A stretch of DNA of 63,279 bases, filler included, from Sphacelaria rigidula (lineage: Eukaryota), in the NCBI GenBank assembly GCA_964200075.2. It is 5 parts of 5 records of this genome, joined end to end, with 100 filler letters (N's around TTAATTAATTAA, not from the genome) between each part and the next. Parts side by side here need not be neighbours in the genome. Positions count along the whole stretch, not along the records: positions 25,356 to 37,931 come from CAXNAA020003612.1; positions 38,032 to 50,606 come from CAXNAA020003613.1; 3 more parts are not named here. One strand, written 5' to 3'. The notes beneath the pieces were generated by a model. It was not told the origin of the DNA. It did no database searches and was given only the letters and a program-made list of their open reading frames with translations. A program made the position numbers and the translations under genes. Below are positions 25,256-38,099 of this stretch, in pieces. How positions within the stretch are numbered: the stretch's first letter is position 1; the number at the start of each line of letters is the position of its first letter.

Positions 25256-25355
25256 NNNNNNNNNNNNNNNNNNNNNNNNNNNNNNNNNNNNNNNNNNNNT
25301 TAATTAATTAANNNNNNNNNNNNNNNNNNNNNNNNNNNNNNNNNNNNNNNNNNNN
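25256..25355. other. Artificial contig linker
   Basis: N44-TTAATTAATTAA-N44. Confidence 0.98.
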
Positions 25356-25469
25356 CATACATTCGTTGATTTTTAGCAACATGAAGCCAATGTTTCATGT
25401 ATAATATGCAGGATACGTCATTCCTAACCAGCCTCGTTGGTCGTTCTGGAGGCCCAGTCCCAGAAGGGT

Positions 25470-26589
25470 TAAACCCCATGTCTAGTGATTCATATATCTA
25501 ACGGAGATAGCGCCCATGCTAAAATCTCCATCAAACCCCCGATCAATGCATTCAGCGGATGACGACGAATTTTGGTATGGACATTTCCTGGAGCACGGGG
25601 AGACGATAGATACCCTCACCTTCACCTAATTCGTAATCGATGTCGAGATATGGCGCGCATAACTCTTCATACTAAAATCAGTATATTACGAGCAGAGGCA
25701 CTAGATGAACTAAACCTGGATATCGCGTCTCAGTTTTTGAGAGTTATGCTATGAAATTTCGTATGGAGAACCGCTAGTGCATAAGAAAGCTTAAAAGAAC
25801 AGCCTTTTTTTTGTTTCGTTTCTTTTTTCTCATTTTTTCGGGTTTTTGTAGTAGTTTTGAGGAGAAATGAACACTGCTCTTGGGCCTTATCTCAAATTTT
25901 TAGCTCACTTTTTAGAATTGTTATTTGAAAAATGAACACTGCTCTTGGGCCTTATCTCAAAATTTCAGCTCGGTTTTTAGAATTGTCATTTGAAAATCAG
26001 GATAAAGAACCACAGAGGTATATGCTGAATAAAAAGAAAAATGGGCTCTCGTTTTCTTTTTTTCTGTTTGGAGGGGTTTGGGCGTTCGCGTAAAAAAATG
26101 GTGATTTCCACACTGAAACGCCCTACCCCAGTGAAACAAAATGAAAAAAAAAAAACTGATTCACTTTGTTTCGTCAATTATGCCCTATTCATGGCCCACA
26201 CAAAGTTTCAATACATGAACACCAAACTTGGGCCAGTAAGTGGATTGCAAAATACTGTTCCGAATTTCTTTTGACCCCGTCACTAAAGTCTCATTCACCA
26301 GCCAATATTTAGAGTTGGACCCTGGAATTTGGTATGGACAATAATTAGGGCATGATGAAAACAAATACCAGTGCACACATTTTTTTCATGTGTTAAGGGC
26401 AACAATCAGTTTTCTTGTATCAGTAAAATGCCCTCAACTAATGAACAAAAAAAAACTTGTGTGCACTGGTATTTGTTTTTATCATGCCCCTAATTATTGT
26501 CCATACCAAATTTCAGGGTCCAACTCTAAAAATATTGGCCGGTGAATGGGCCTGCAAACTACAAATTCGCTCCGAGGCTGGCCCAGCTC
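25470..26589 (-). mobile_element. Second, inverted and partial copy of the GAGCTGGGCC element, with internal ~88-bp inverted repeat
   Basis: Ends GCTGGCCCAGCTC at 26589. Inverted arms 26292-26379 / 26458-26548. ~66-bp tandem duplication near 25864-25996. Confidence 0.7.
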
Positions 26590-27564
26590 ATAGGGTAGAT
26601 CTGTTGAATCGGCAGCACTTTACGTGACATGCACAAATATCAATGTTTCATGCACTAATAGAAACGCATAAAAGCAACATGTTAGTCTTGAAAGCTGACT
26701 CTCAATCGAAAAATAAACTCAATCTGCGGAAAATATCGTAAACCAGCAATGAGTCGTGCGTGCGGATATGGTTTGGAGTTTGGAGTAGCTCAGAGATGAA
26801 GACCTATTTGCGAGCTATCGCGTCAAATACATCATACAAAAAACGGGTATATTCATACTTGTCTTGAGGTTATCAGCAGAAAGTATATCGCAAAACGTCT
26901 TGAGGGGGTTTGGTGAGTATGCTTGTTACTTGTTAGAGCGAACACAACGCATTCTCGACAGCCTTCTTCGTTTCAGATGAGCACATTGCAGTCGCGCACA
27001 AGTATCGAAGTGAAAAACATGTGATTTTACAAATTGGGAATGAGAACCCGGAGAATTAAAGTTCTCGTATCCACACCAAATCTTCGACATATGGTTCCAT
27101 TTCTTCACTTGCTGATAGCTTTTGACAACTACTACACGCCATGCAAATTTGGATTCCGATAACCGAAATGTTAGGGTCCTAGGTGAAAAATCGTTTTGAG
27201 GGAATTTCGGTTCGATTTTAATTTTATTTCTCCCGGTTCTCATCCCCAATAAAAATTCCATCCCCGACGTGTAAAATCACGTGTTGAAAGACATCATCAA
27301 CCACTTCACACCTCCATACCGGCCCCTGGATATTACATGCGCGTGATGACAATGTGTCCGCCCAGAATGTAGAGCTCTGACCACAGCTACATGCAACAAT
27401 CCGCCGTGGACTCGACTCCATAGAGCATCTACATGACTTGCTCTCAGGAACCATAACCGCAGCTTCGCACAAAACGAGGTGAGAAATGTCTGGGATTTAA
27501 AAGGGTATAGCTCCTCAGTGCTACATGCAACGAAAAAGAAAAAGATTTGCAGCAGCGGTCAGCA

Positions 27565-27696
27565 TCAAGATGCCGCTGCAACCTCGATCATCTCTTGCAA
27601 CTCTCCCGACTGAAAGAGCTCGATGACAATGTCCGCACCGCCGATGAACTCTCCGCCGAGATACAGCTGTGGGATGGTTGGCCAGTCGCTGAAGTC
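27565..27696 (-). CDS. grxD: Plastid monothiol glutaredoxin (class II, Grx4/GrxS14-like), exon 3 of 3
   Basis: CAG acceptor 27699-27697, phase 0. [52 protein letters not shown] and GG.D are class II Grx hallmarks. Confidence 0.95.
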   Translation of the reverse strand, partial: DFSDWPTIPQLYLGGEFIGGADIVIELFQSGELQEMIEVAAAS

Positions 27697-28227
27697 CTGA
27701 AGAAGACCAGAGAAGGACAGCGATCGAAACACAGGGCAAGCTGCTCTCACGTTGACGATTTTCACGAAGAGTTCGAGACATTCTCATACACGAGATCAAT
27801 ACCGGAAGTGCTGCATAGATACACGTAACTATAATCGCCTGCTTCCCTTCCCGCGCGCCACACCTTCCGCATTTCACTTGCGAGAGCAAGAAGGCTGTTA
27901 CGCGATAATCGCACGTCAAATGACTCAACCATGCACGGTTCGAACGAGTCAGAGTTCATACAGGTTGACTCCCCGTGACTGTGAGAGCGAATCACGCGCC
28001 TGAGAGCCATCCGGTATGGATCACGGGCGGAGCTGTATGGGTACGTGCAAGGTCATACCGCACGAACTACGAACTAACAACGAATATGAATACTCTAAGC
28101 AGTGCCACACGAATGGAGAGTGCAACATGTGTACGAATGATAGTTCCAGTGCTAGTCACTGGTGGGAAAATGTCACATGGAGTCGTCCCGCACAAAGTGG
28201 AGTCGTCCCGCACAAACCGCGGATGGT

Positions 28228-28490
28228 AAAATATGTACGCTTGACTCATGTCGCATGAATCACAGGTGGAGAACATGTACGAAGTACAAGCGATTCATGC
28301 TACATGAATGAAACGAAATAAATGTGTGCCCATGATTTATGCCATACGAATGGCAGATGGCAAACATGTACCATGATTCATGCTGGATGAATGGACATTC
28401 GGGAAACATGTACACTAGATTCATATCGCATGAATCAGATGAAAAAAATGCAGATGTGATTCGTGCTGTATGGATGAAAGGGGAGAAATC
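28228..28490. repeat. Degenerate ~42-bp minisatellite, block 1 (Grx intron 2)
   Basis: Repeating AACATGTAC..ATGATTCATG..GCATGAA..GG units. Confidence 0.7.
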
Positions 28491-29189
28491 ATTACCCGCT
28501 GACCTGGGGCAACGCATCACATTGTTTACCCCCGACAGTACAGTAGTAAGGCGAACCATCCTCTCACATCTCGACGGGTACAGTTTGATTTCGAAACATC
28601 CGTACTGAATGCCACACCTACCCCAATCAATCGATACATACAAAGGGTGAGCGTGGACGCGCTCTTTGAGACACTGTTGTGCTGTGTGTACACTGTACTG
28701 TACTGCGCTGTTCAGTATGCGCGGTCGGGTGCTTGTGCTTGTATTTCACTGGAACAAGCAAGTCGTAATCACGTGCCGTTAGGCCGTCGGATCGCCACGA
28801 CCTTGACAGCTGCTGACGCTGCTGCTTGCTGGTGTTTTCTCATCATCCATCCTAGAAGGCAAAAAAATCGTCGTCCTGTACACTCATCACGGACGCGACG
28901 CGGTTTGGTCTGCTTTGGTCCCTCAAACACTCAGCTGTGTGCCCGTACCAGTCCAGTGATGCTTCGTGTTCGATCAACCTCGCAACAGCGCAACAAACTA
29001 ATGCGTGGGCGTGTTCTGGCACATGATGGGGAGAGAAAATATCGAGCCTATCTCTGACCTTAGACATTGCACCTACAGGGGGCGAACGGTATCATTGATC
29101 AGTATATTCGTTGTGCAATTTCGACGTCACTTTGTTTCCATATAAAAATCTCGTTCCCATTTTGCAGGATCCCGAATTAAATGTCAAGT

Positions 29190-29460
29190 GATGAACATGT
29201 CCTCATGAGCTATGCCGTATGAACGGAAGGTGGGGAACATGTATGTATGATTCATACTGCACGGATTGAAAGGGGGAAACATATACGCTTGATTCACCTT
29301 CAATGGATAGAAGGTGGAGAATATGTGCCGATGACTCATGCTGCATGAACGGAAAGTGGGAAACATGTAGGCATGATTCATGCCGCAAGAACGGGAGGTG
29401 GGAAACCTGTACACTTGATTTATACCATACGGATGGAAGGTAGGAAGCATGTACCTTCGA
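29190..29460. repeat. 42-bp minisatellite, block 2 (Grx intron 2)
   Basis: AACAT units at 29194, 29236, 29278 and onward. Consensus ~AACATGTAYRCATGATTCATGCTGCATGAACGGAAGGTGGGA. Confidence 0.85.
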
Positions 29461-30205
29461 CGGTGTACCTCTCAAATTACCACGCAGGAATATGTACGTT
29501 TCATGTGTTGTCGCACGAATCACGAGCCCATATCATCCACGAATCACAATTTGTGGACGAATCACGATCTTTATTCGTCTGGTCCTATTCAACCATGGAC
29601 ACGAAATGCACACGGGGCATCGTGCTAAAAGGGTTAATTACGACTATGCACGCTAGAACGGGCGGATGGGGGCCCGGGTACGTGGGAACTGTATACGTAC
29701 AGCGAGTTAGTCGAAGCGACTCCAACATCTACAGATGGGGTAAGCGTCTCGATCACTGCAATGAATTTCTTCAACTGGGCTTATCATACCATGATATCGA
29801 CGCAGTGGTGCAAGAAGCATGCTTTGTTGCTTCACGTATTGCGTATTAACAAAAAACACTTGCACCGCGAATGACGCTACATTTGCGACTACAGCACAAA
29901 CCTGTGTCGCCCTGTCTCGAATTTGCTTACTACTGTACCGTCCGCAGTTTCAGTTTTGTAGAAAGGGTTTCAAGTGCTGCAGTGCGCCCTCTACACCCTC
30001 ACCACAACGAGCTCTCGGGGACAGTACCGTCTGCCCGCACGGGGGCGACGATGTTCACCGTTCGCTAGCGTGCCCAATATCGCTCACTCATTATACGACG
30101 AGTCTAGACACAAGAAAACGACGAGTTTACACTCAATTACACGTCAGTGTTTCAGTAAGAACGATACAGTGAGAGAGCACCATCAAGCTCATATTGTGTA
30201 GTCAC

Positions 30206-30328
30206 CTTGATGCCTTGTCGAATGCGATCGTCCGACAACACGTCCACGGTTTCGAAAGGCACGGACAGGCTCTGCAGGATGTTCACCAGGGTGCCGCTGT
30301 ATCCGCATTGCGGCATCAGGCGATTTCC
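30206..30328 (-). CDS. grxD: Plastid monothiol glutaredoxin, exon 2 of 3 (active site CGYS)
   Basis: CAG acceptor (30331-30329), AAG|GTGAC donor (GT 30205-30204), phase 0/0. GNRLMPQCGYSGTLVNILQSLSVPFETVDVLSDDRIRQGIK. Confidence 0.95.
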
Positions 30329-32109
30329 CTGCCGCATAAATAAGCGCAATAAAGTATGCAAACACAGTCATTTATAATTTGTGGGATACAGATGGAGATA
30401 TATCACTGAGCAGGATCATCTTGCTATTTTCCTTCATGCGCTCGTTCGTTCGTCCGTAACAAAATCACCTTAATTTACGCATACTGCGGCTGTTCTGAAC
30501 GAATGGGCTTCAAAGAGCGCGACGCATGGGGATTCAACAGACAGATACAGATATCGATGTCACCCACAACAGCGCTGTTTTTCGAAATACGGTCGGTATT
30601 GTACTGCTGTGTACCAGCCTCGTGGAAGCATCAGCCTGGTGAGCTCTGTAATGTGTGAGGTCCCTCGTCGGAGCTGTGTGGTACCATTTGAACTGCTTGC
30701 TGTCTCGGGGCATATCAATCAGGGTCGGTCGAACTGAACTGCGCGATTGGACGTTATCATACACTGTGCGTTCGGTAGTGTCAGCCTCATGGGCTCGGTG
30801 GGTACATCAGCCGTATCTCTCAGTACCGTCTGAACTATGTTGGGGGTCTCGAATAGTGTCAGACTGACTGACTGCGCTACCGAGATTCCATATATACCGT
30901 GCGGTAGAAAACATATTACGAGAAAACATAAGGCAACCGCTTTGAATCATTTGGGATTTGGAGAGCGCGGCGCATGGCATGGCGCATCTGAGTTCAAACA
31001 CACCTGACACGCAACAAGCATACATTCAAATACACCTGACACAACGAGCATACCTTATTCAAAACTATTATCCGGCAGCGCGGAGAAGCGTTTAGGGCGT
31101 GTCTTAGCACATTGTTTTTCAATTATAAAAATGCGGCGGCAATCGCCCATTTTTGTCGAATTGGATCCAAGCGAATTTCAATCTTTTGATCGAAAAAAGA
31201 CAGTGAAAATCGTGAAACGGTACATGTTCACTCGTGTACAGTACAGACAGTCTGTGCTGTCTGCACTGCTTGCAAACAGTGTGTCTTGGATGCGTGTATG
31301 CGTGTTTCGTACACGAGGATATAAAAACGTGCAGCTTTGTACTTCCTGCACTGTCCATGAGCGTGTACACAACTCGGTTGCCCATCGTACTACGCAGCTC
31401 CGTTGCTGATCCTATCATGGGAGAAGATGCGCAAGTTTTCGCCAACAAAAAATAAACGAAGCATACCTTTTTCGTGTAGATGTTTTGTTTATTGCCTTCT
31501 GCGGGCTGTTTGGGTTATGGGTATATTGGTGGTATGCTCTTTGCACTCTGTGACCACGGGTTCGAGAGATTGAGCTAATGTGGCGGATATAATAATAACA
31601 ACAACAACCCAGCTACTGCAGCGAATTTATCCCTGTGCTCAACTCGTACTCGATGCTGCAGGGTTGCGATGGTAGCTGAGAATGAGTCGGATGAAGTTAG
31701 CATGGTTCTGTTAAAGGGTGTTATCTGGCGTGGTGGTCTGTAGGATATAAGCCAAGTGCCGCTTCGTGCCCTTCGGCCGCATGTTTTCGATCGGAAAAGT
31801 TCAGCTTTTTTGTTTTGTATCATTTTTCTCCGGGCGCCACTTACTATATATTTGAGTTGAAGTCTTCTACGAACAGAAATGCGGTGGACGACCGCACTTC
31901 CCGCTACATAATAATGAGGTCATTCGAGTCGATCCAAACACGAAAATCAGGGAGAGTCTGGGTATAAATTACTTGCGAAAACAAGACGTACCTGCTCCGA
32001 CAACTTCTGGCCTGTGCATAAGTTGGGACCAGCTGCTGCACCGTTGGGGGCGCATCGCGTCCGGTATTTACCGGGGTATACCAAGGGTTTGTAAAAAAAA
32101 TATGTCGGG

Positions 32110-32640
32110 ACATGTAGGCCCCAAGATTAAAAATTCGAGTTTTTGAGGGGGGGGGGGGAGGGGAGTACACCCAGCCTGCTGTCCTCTAGTTTATTGCCGA
32201 GGCGTTGGCGGATGCGGTCAGCTGCCGTGTACAGAGATCCTTCGCATGGAGACCGCTGAGATGACGGATACACCGCACCTCCAAGCTCACCACCTGCCAT
32301 GACTGCATTCATGGGATCATATTGCGTGTCGTGTGCCTCGACTACCCACCACTAGTCCGGGCAAATTTGGCGAGGCGTGAGATAATGTTCCCACTTTTGC
32401 TACAGGCTGTCGCTACCGTGCGTTCGTGTATTGTAAATATATGTGTGTGAGCGTTGCCGGCATCCGAGTTGGCGGGCAAGGGGCAGAAGCGAATATACGA
32501 ACTTCGCAAAGCCCGCCAGACTTTTCGGGTTTTGTCGGTGTTCGTTGATCAAATTGTTTCAACAATATCAACAAAAAAATGTAGAAAATCATGACAACTT
32601 TCGAAAAATCGCCCTCCGGGAGGGGAGGGGCTCCCTGTTC
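32110..32640 (+). repeat. Dispersed repeat in Grx intron 1, related to 36778-37320
   Basis: Shared GTAGGCCC.AAGATTAAAAA..GCGTTGGCGGATGCGGTCAGCTGCCGTG.ACAGAGATC..GCATGGAGACC and GGCAAGG.GCAGAAGC blocks. The latter is tandemly duplicated at ~36905-37190. Confidence 0.8.
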
Positions 32641-33457
32641 GATTTTTTTCTTCCGACAGACCCTTGGGTATACCCCCGGTATTCACCAGGGTATCCCATA
32701 CCGTGGTATTCACGTGAAAAAATTATCCATGACCCAGATGGACTATCCGCACCGCGGTGTAAGGGTCAACTAGCCAATGTTTCATTTCGTGCATACTTTT
32801 CTTTCCCAGCATCACTCGCGTGTGCTTACAGCTACACGTAGATATCCTACTCAGGAATATCAAGGGCTTCGGTGGCAACCTACTACAGAAAGCATATCAG
32901 GCCTCCCGGAGGGGCATTTCGGAACTCAATTGCTTGATTCACAAATTAACGCTTCTCACTCTCGATCGTATCCTCTACTCTCAATTTTACGAGAACGTTG
33001 TTGGTCGCGGGCAACAGTACTCTCTTGAGATAACGAATTCTAAAGGCTGAGATAGACAACTGCGTGGGAAACAAAACTAGCTGCGCTAGTGCTTCGGTGT
33101 CGATTTTTGTGGCGTTTTCACGCCATCACGACCCCGTGCATGAATTAAATTGAAAATAAGTACCTGACCCGCAGTCGACCCTCTTGACAGTGTCGCGGGC
33201 TTGGCGTCAAAGATACAGGTACGCGAGGATATATTTTCGCCGGTATTTGTGTCGTCGTATGTATCTGATACTACAGTCATACTTGAAACAATATTAACGC
33301 TGTGCGCGACGATAGCTTCACCTGCAGTAGCGTAGCGTACATCAATATTAGCCATCTCAGAAGCAACGACGACACAGACAGCAGTCGCTCGTGCCCCGAA
33401 CATCAACTCGACATCCCACGTAAAGCCCCACGCATACTACTCCCGAGGTCTGTCTAC

Positions 33458-33793
33458 CTTGATGAACGCGATGATTTTGTGCTCTGACACCAACTCTTGT
33501 AGCTCCGCCCGGGTGCGCTCTTTCATTGCTTTCGCCGCGAAGCTTTCCTCCATCCCATCGTCGTTGTCAGACATTGACAGAAATGAACTCCTCCCCCATC
33601 GTGCCTGGCTGCTGTGCAACACGTCCGGACGCCCTCTTGGACACCATGCCCTTGTTGCTCTATAGTCTCGACATACGGGCGTTGGCGCCTTGAGATTTCG
33701 TAGTGAGGATACAACCACGAAGGCGGATATCTGAGTGCTTAATATGCTGCATGCAAGGCACGCCAGCGCAATGCAGCATCTCGAGAAGGTCAT
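33458..33793 (-). CDS. grxD: Plastid monothiol glutaredoxin, exon 1 of 3 (bipartite targeting peptide + Grx N-terminus)
   Basis: ATG 33793. MTFSRCCIALACLACSILSTQISA-FVV (signal peptide + ASAFAP-type motif), Arg/Ser-rich transit peptide, then ..ELQELVSEHKIIAFIK and AAG|GTAGAC donor. The spliced product is 196 aa. Confidence 0.9.
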
Positions 33794-36700
33794 GATTGCG
33801 TCGTGTGCTGTGCGGGCTGCTGGATGGGACCGCATGTTATCGCGCTTCCCGGGTCACACTTGTCTGGTTGCTCAGACCCGTGTTTCATACTTGAAACCTT
33901 CGCATGTCGCAACTTTCCCATCGCCAGTGCGTTGGACGCATCCCGAGGCCATCTTTTGGGTGTGATGTGCCATACTCTCCCCCTCTACTCACTGCTCAGC
34001 TTCCGGACGCGGGTGCAGGTGTCTCGTTTGCCGTTGGACGGTACCGTTGATCTCCTTTCGTACAATCTACACCAAGTTGTACAGAGGTGCTACAGCCGTA
34101 CAGTCGATGCCGTCGACAAAAGATCGTGGTTTGACTCTTCTCTTGAGAGATCAGCACCTACCTCAAGCATGGGCTAGCTGCAGATAACGAACAATCTTCC
34201 GAAAGAGTGATTATACCAATGTAGAGATGCTGCCGTAGTACGGCAGTCCAGCAATAGTAAAGTACACTGCATGGTCAGTATTGCAGTACAGAGTACAATA
34301 CCAGAGACATTTCGGTAGTGCGTGTCAGTGCCGATGAGTGCAACAAATATGGCCGTTGGTTGCAGATATTCTACAACGACCAATACATGTTGTCCGATGA
34401 AAGCAGCCGACAAATCGGATATCACTACTATACCCGTAAGCACTTGTCAGTGGAAATACAACCAATCAGATCCGTTGAGCAACGCCATCTGACGTGCATA
34501 AAGTGGTACAGTACGGCACACGACAGGTTTTTGCCTGCGGTCCCTCACTGGATGATCGTCAAGCAGGCATCCCGGAAACCACTGCCGCAATCCCTCATTT
34601 TTTTGGTGTTCGCCGTACCGACTTTGGATGGAAATTTACTCTACTACGCAGGTTGATCCAGGAAAGTACAGGAATTTCGTCAGCTACCAAACCTCGCCGG
34701 GTTGTAAGAGTTGGAAGACGAACAATCACGCACGTGTTCCTGGAGGTAAACCCGAGGTCGCCAGTTGACGTCTCCAGTGTCTCGGTTGGTCGGAGGGAGA
34801 TTCGGCCGGTTTTACCGGTTTCGTGAGGTCACAAGCCGGTCTGGGGACCTTGAAAATCGGAGAATCCGACCGAAGCTCCGACCATCCAACCACCAACGAA
34901 TTCGGACTTTCCTTAAAGAGCACATATGTGCAATTTCATCTCGCAACTCTGATACATGCGTGAGGATCTGTGCATCCCGAGAATGTGGGGTCTCTGTCTC
35001 CCGGCGGCTCGTGACCCCAAGGAACCAGTTAAACCTTCCAAAAATCCGACCGGCCGAATACCGTCGACCTCGGGTCTGCCTCCAGGAAAGCGTGCGTGAA
35101 ATTTCGTCTCCCAACTCGTGAAGCCGGCGTGAGGGTTGAAGTAAACGTGGTGTATTTTCGAGGAGCTGGGATCCCCGACCACTTCTGGCGGCTCAAGACC
35201 CTGAGAAACCAGTAAAACCCACCGATTATCTTACCCACCGACAGCTGGCGGACTCAGGCCCGCCTTCATGAGCGCGTGCGTCAAACTTTGTCTCTGAATT
35301 CTTCACACCGTCGTGAGCAAAAAGACAATTTCACCGGGGGGCATACAAGAGATGCACCCAAGACCCGCCTAGTCGTTACCACGTGCACCTATTATTCAGA
35401 TCCTATTGAGGCAACACCAACCTAGAACGCAACCAAGCAAACCATCCAAGCTCAGGAGTGTGTGTGGGTTTGGGTCAGGGTTCGGAACAGGGTTTAGGGG
35501 TTTGGGTGCAGTCAGCGCCCCAAAAAGGTCTTGAGAAATGCAAGAAATTATCTGCCAATAAATAGCCACAAGTGCTGGGCATGACTGGATGGATATATTT
35601 ACGCATTATGATATTGATGTACTCGTATTGCAGAGAGGGCTTGGGGCCGGCCACATTGCATTCATCCCCCTTGTGGTATTTCCCGGCCCTCCTCCGTAAC
35701 GAAAGAACCCAGTAACTACCCTGGGTGCATCGCCAATATGTAACCCACTCGGGATAAGGCCTCGCGTAAGGCCTGGAGTGGCAGTTTGGACCTGAAATTG
35801 TTTCGGACATGAAACGACCATTTCTGCAAATTCGAAATGATATATTTCTGATTACTTACGTCAATGCGATAAAGATATACCTATATTCCATCCCACGGCT
35901 AAGAACTTTCGTTCGAGCCGCTCATCGTCCGGTTCGATGAAGTATTCCCCAAGGAAAACCAGTCGATGAATGGATTAGGATTCCTTTTCTTTGGGTCCTC
36001 ACTCTCGATTAAACCCTGTTGAATGCCGTCGGCAGTACCCCGCCCAAAGTCCCGTACATGGTTTGATCACTGATGGCCATAAGCAGCCAAAGAGGATGAC
36101 ATAGTCGGACCAATCGGCGCCCTTTAAATTGTTCTGAAATTAAAATACGAATTCCCAAGACAATTTCCGCCCAATGTCCACATGCTTCATATCGTAGGAA
36201 CCATCATCAGCTCGGAAATCTGACAAATGACACATATTTGAACATTCTTACGTACAAAGAGGTCGAATGATACCCCAAACCATGGTATTTTAGTCATATG
36301 GGGTTTGGCGTCGCCGAATTTCCACTGATGATATGCACACAAGGCCCAGAGAACCTGCTTACAGTTTCCCTTACATCTGTTGTAGAAGAAAAGATCAGAT
36401 CGCCCTCAAAATTGGCAGTTCGGTGGCACTTGGTGCTCCAAGTGGTAAATGTAGATGTATCCTTGATTTGTTTTCGAAGTTTCTCCACTCTTGACCGGCT
36501 TCCGGAGGTGTTCACGCCGGGACCCCCGTAAGCGGGTATAGAATAACTCAAGACAAAAAACAAACAATGTATGCCTCCCGAGGTAGCCCAAGGAATATTT
36601 GCAGAAAATCGCGTTGCGTAACTGGAAAAACTGACGCAATGGGATCATCTTCACGTTAACCTTTTTGCCATTTAACCGGATTCCCAGTAGCATGTGGTTT

Positions 36701-37931
36701 GCACGCGAGGGCCTTTTTGTGAGCCGTCATCATTCTCAGTCGTTTTTCCAGGGGGTAGAGTAAAAATAATCCTGGACACGTAGGCCCAAAGATTAAAAAA
36801 TTGATTTTTTGAGGGGGGAGGACACCCAGCCGTCCGTCCCCTGGTTTATTGCCGAAGCGTTGGCGGATGCGGTCAGCTGCCGTGAACAGAGATCATTGGC
36901 ATGGAGACCTGAGGCCATCGGGACAGAGGGGGGCAAGGAGCAGAAGCAAATATATAAACCTCGGAAAGCCTACCAGACTTGTCGGTTTTTGTCAGCGCTT
37001 GTTGATCAATATCTTGCAATAAAATTAACGAGAAAAAAAGAAATCAACAGAATTTTCAAAACAATGCCCTCCGGCATCTGAGGTCATCGGGACAGAGCGG
37101 GCAAGGAGCAGAAGCAAGTACACAAAACCCGCAAAGCCCACTAGACTTATCGGTTTGTGTCAGTGTGTATTGATCAATTTCTCGCAACAAAGCCGAGAGA
37201 AAAGAATCAAAACAGTCCTGATTAATCAATTTCTTGCAACAAAGTTGACAAAAAATTATGACAATTTTTGAAAAAATGCCCTCCGGGGGGGGGGGGGCTA
37301 CGTGTTCGATTTTTTTTTCCCCGCTGCCCCCTGTTTTTTCAAGGGAAAATGATGCATTTCCAGTCGTTTTCGAGTAAAAATGATGCCGATTCACAAAAAG
37401 GCCCCTCGGGATGCAGACCACATATTTCTGGGAGTTCAGTCTCCCGAAAGGGTTACACGTACCCGAAAAGTGGGTCTCGATGCTGAAATCAACTAGTTGG
37501 TAGTTTTCACCTTGTAGGCTCACCCCATCTCACAAGAAAAGCAGAAAGCTTCACGCCGTTTTGGGGGTCAGATCGCTTCTTACGGTTGGTATTTTTGGGG
37601 GACGTATTAAAAAAAAAACTGTAGACACCGCATTTTTTGTCCAACTGATTTTTGTTTTGATGATACCATTTTTGACATCTCGGAGCCGAGCGAATCAGAA
37701 AAGTGGGCTCAGTGAGATGATGCAAAGTGTCCAAGACTTGTGGCGGCGATATTCCCTGTTGTTCGGGGGGCTAAAACCGTGTCCAATGCCCCAAAAGTGC
37801 GAAATACGCCTCAAGACATACCAACCGTAAGAAACGATCCTAGACTGAAACTTTGCACACATACACCATGAATAGATATAATCGGCTAAATGCATAAATC
37901 GGTAGTTTCACAGAGATTTTAGTATTGGCGC

Positions 37932-38031
37932 NNNNNNNNNNNNNNNNNNNNNNNNNNNNNNNNNNNNNNNNNNNNTTAATTAATTAANNNNNNNNNNNNN
38001 NNNNNNNNNNNNNNNNNNNNNNNNNNNNNNN
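37932..38031. other. Artificial contig linker
   Basis: N44-TTAATTAATTAA-N44. Confidence 0.98.
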
Positions 38032-38099
38032 CAAAAGAAGTTAAAAGACCTACTGCGTGAGTTATTGCCTCTTATCTGACGTATAGTGGTATACGGTAT

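Noticed and set aside
24095-26330. Giant inverted repeat centred near 25300
   Set aside because: It spans an artificial linker. These are two separate copies of one TE family on different contigs.
33794-33835. Upstream in-frame ATG at 33835 as the Grx start
   Set aside because: The ATG at 33793 places the hydrophobic signal peptide at the N-terminus. The upstream start is less likely but not excluded.
35466-35506. Telomere-like GGGTTT/CCCTAA variants (also ~49402, ~61040, ~63255)
   Set aside because: Short and degenerate; more consistent with TE-internal motifs than telomeres.
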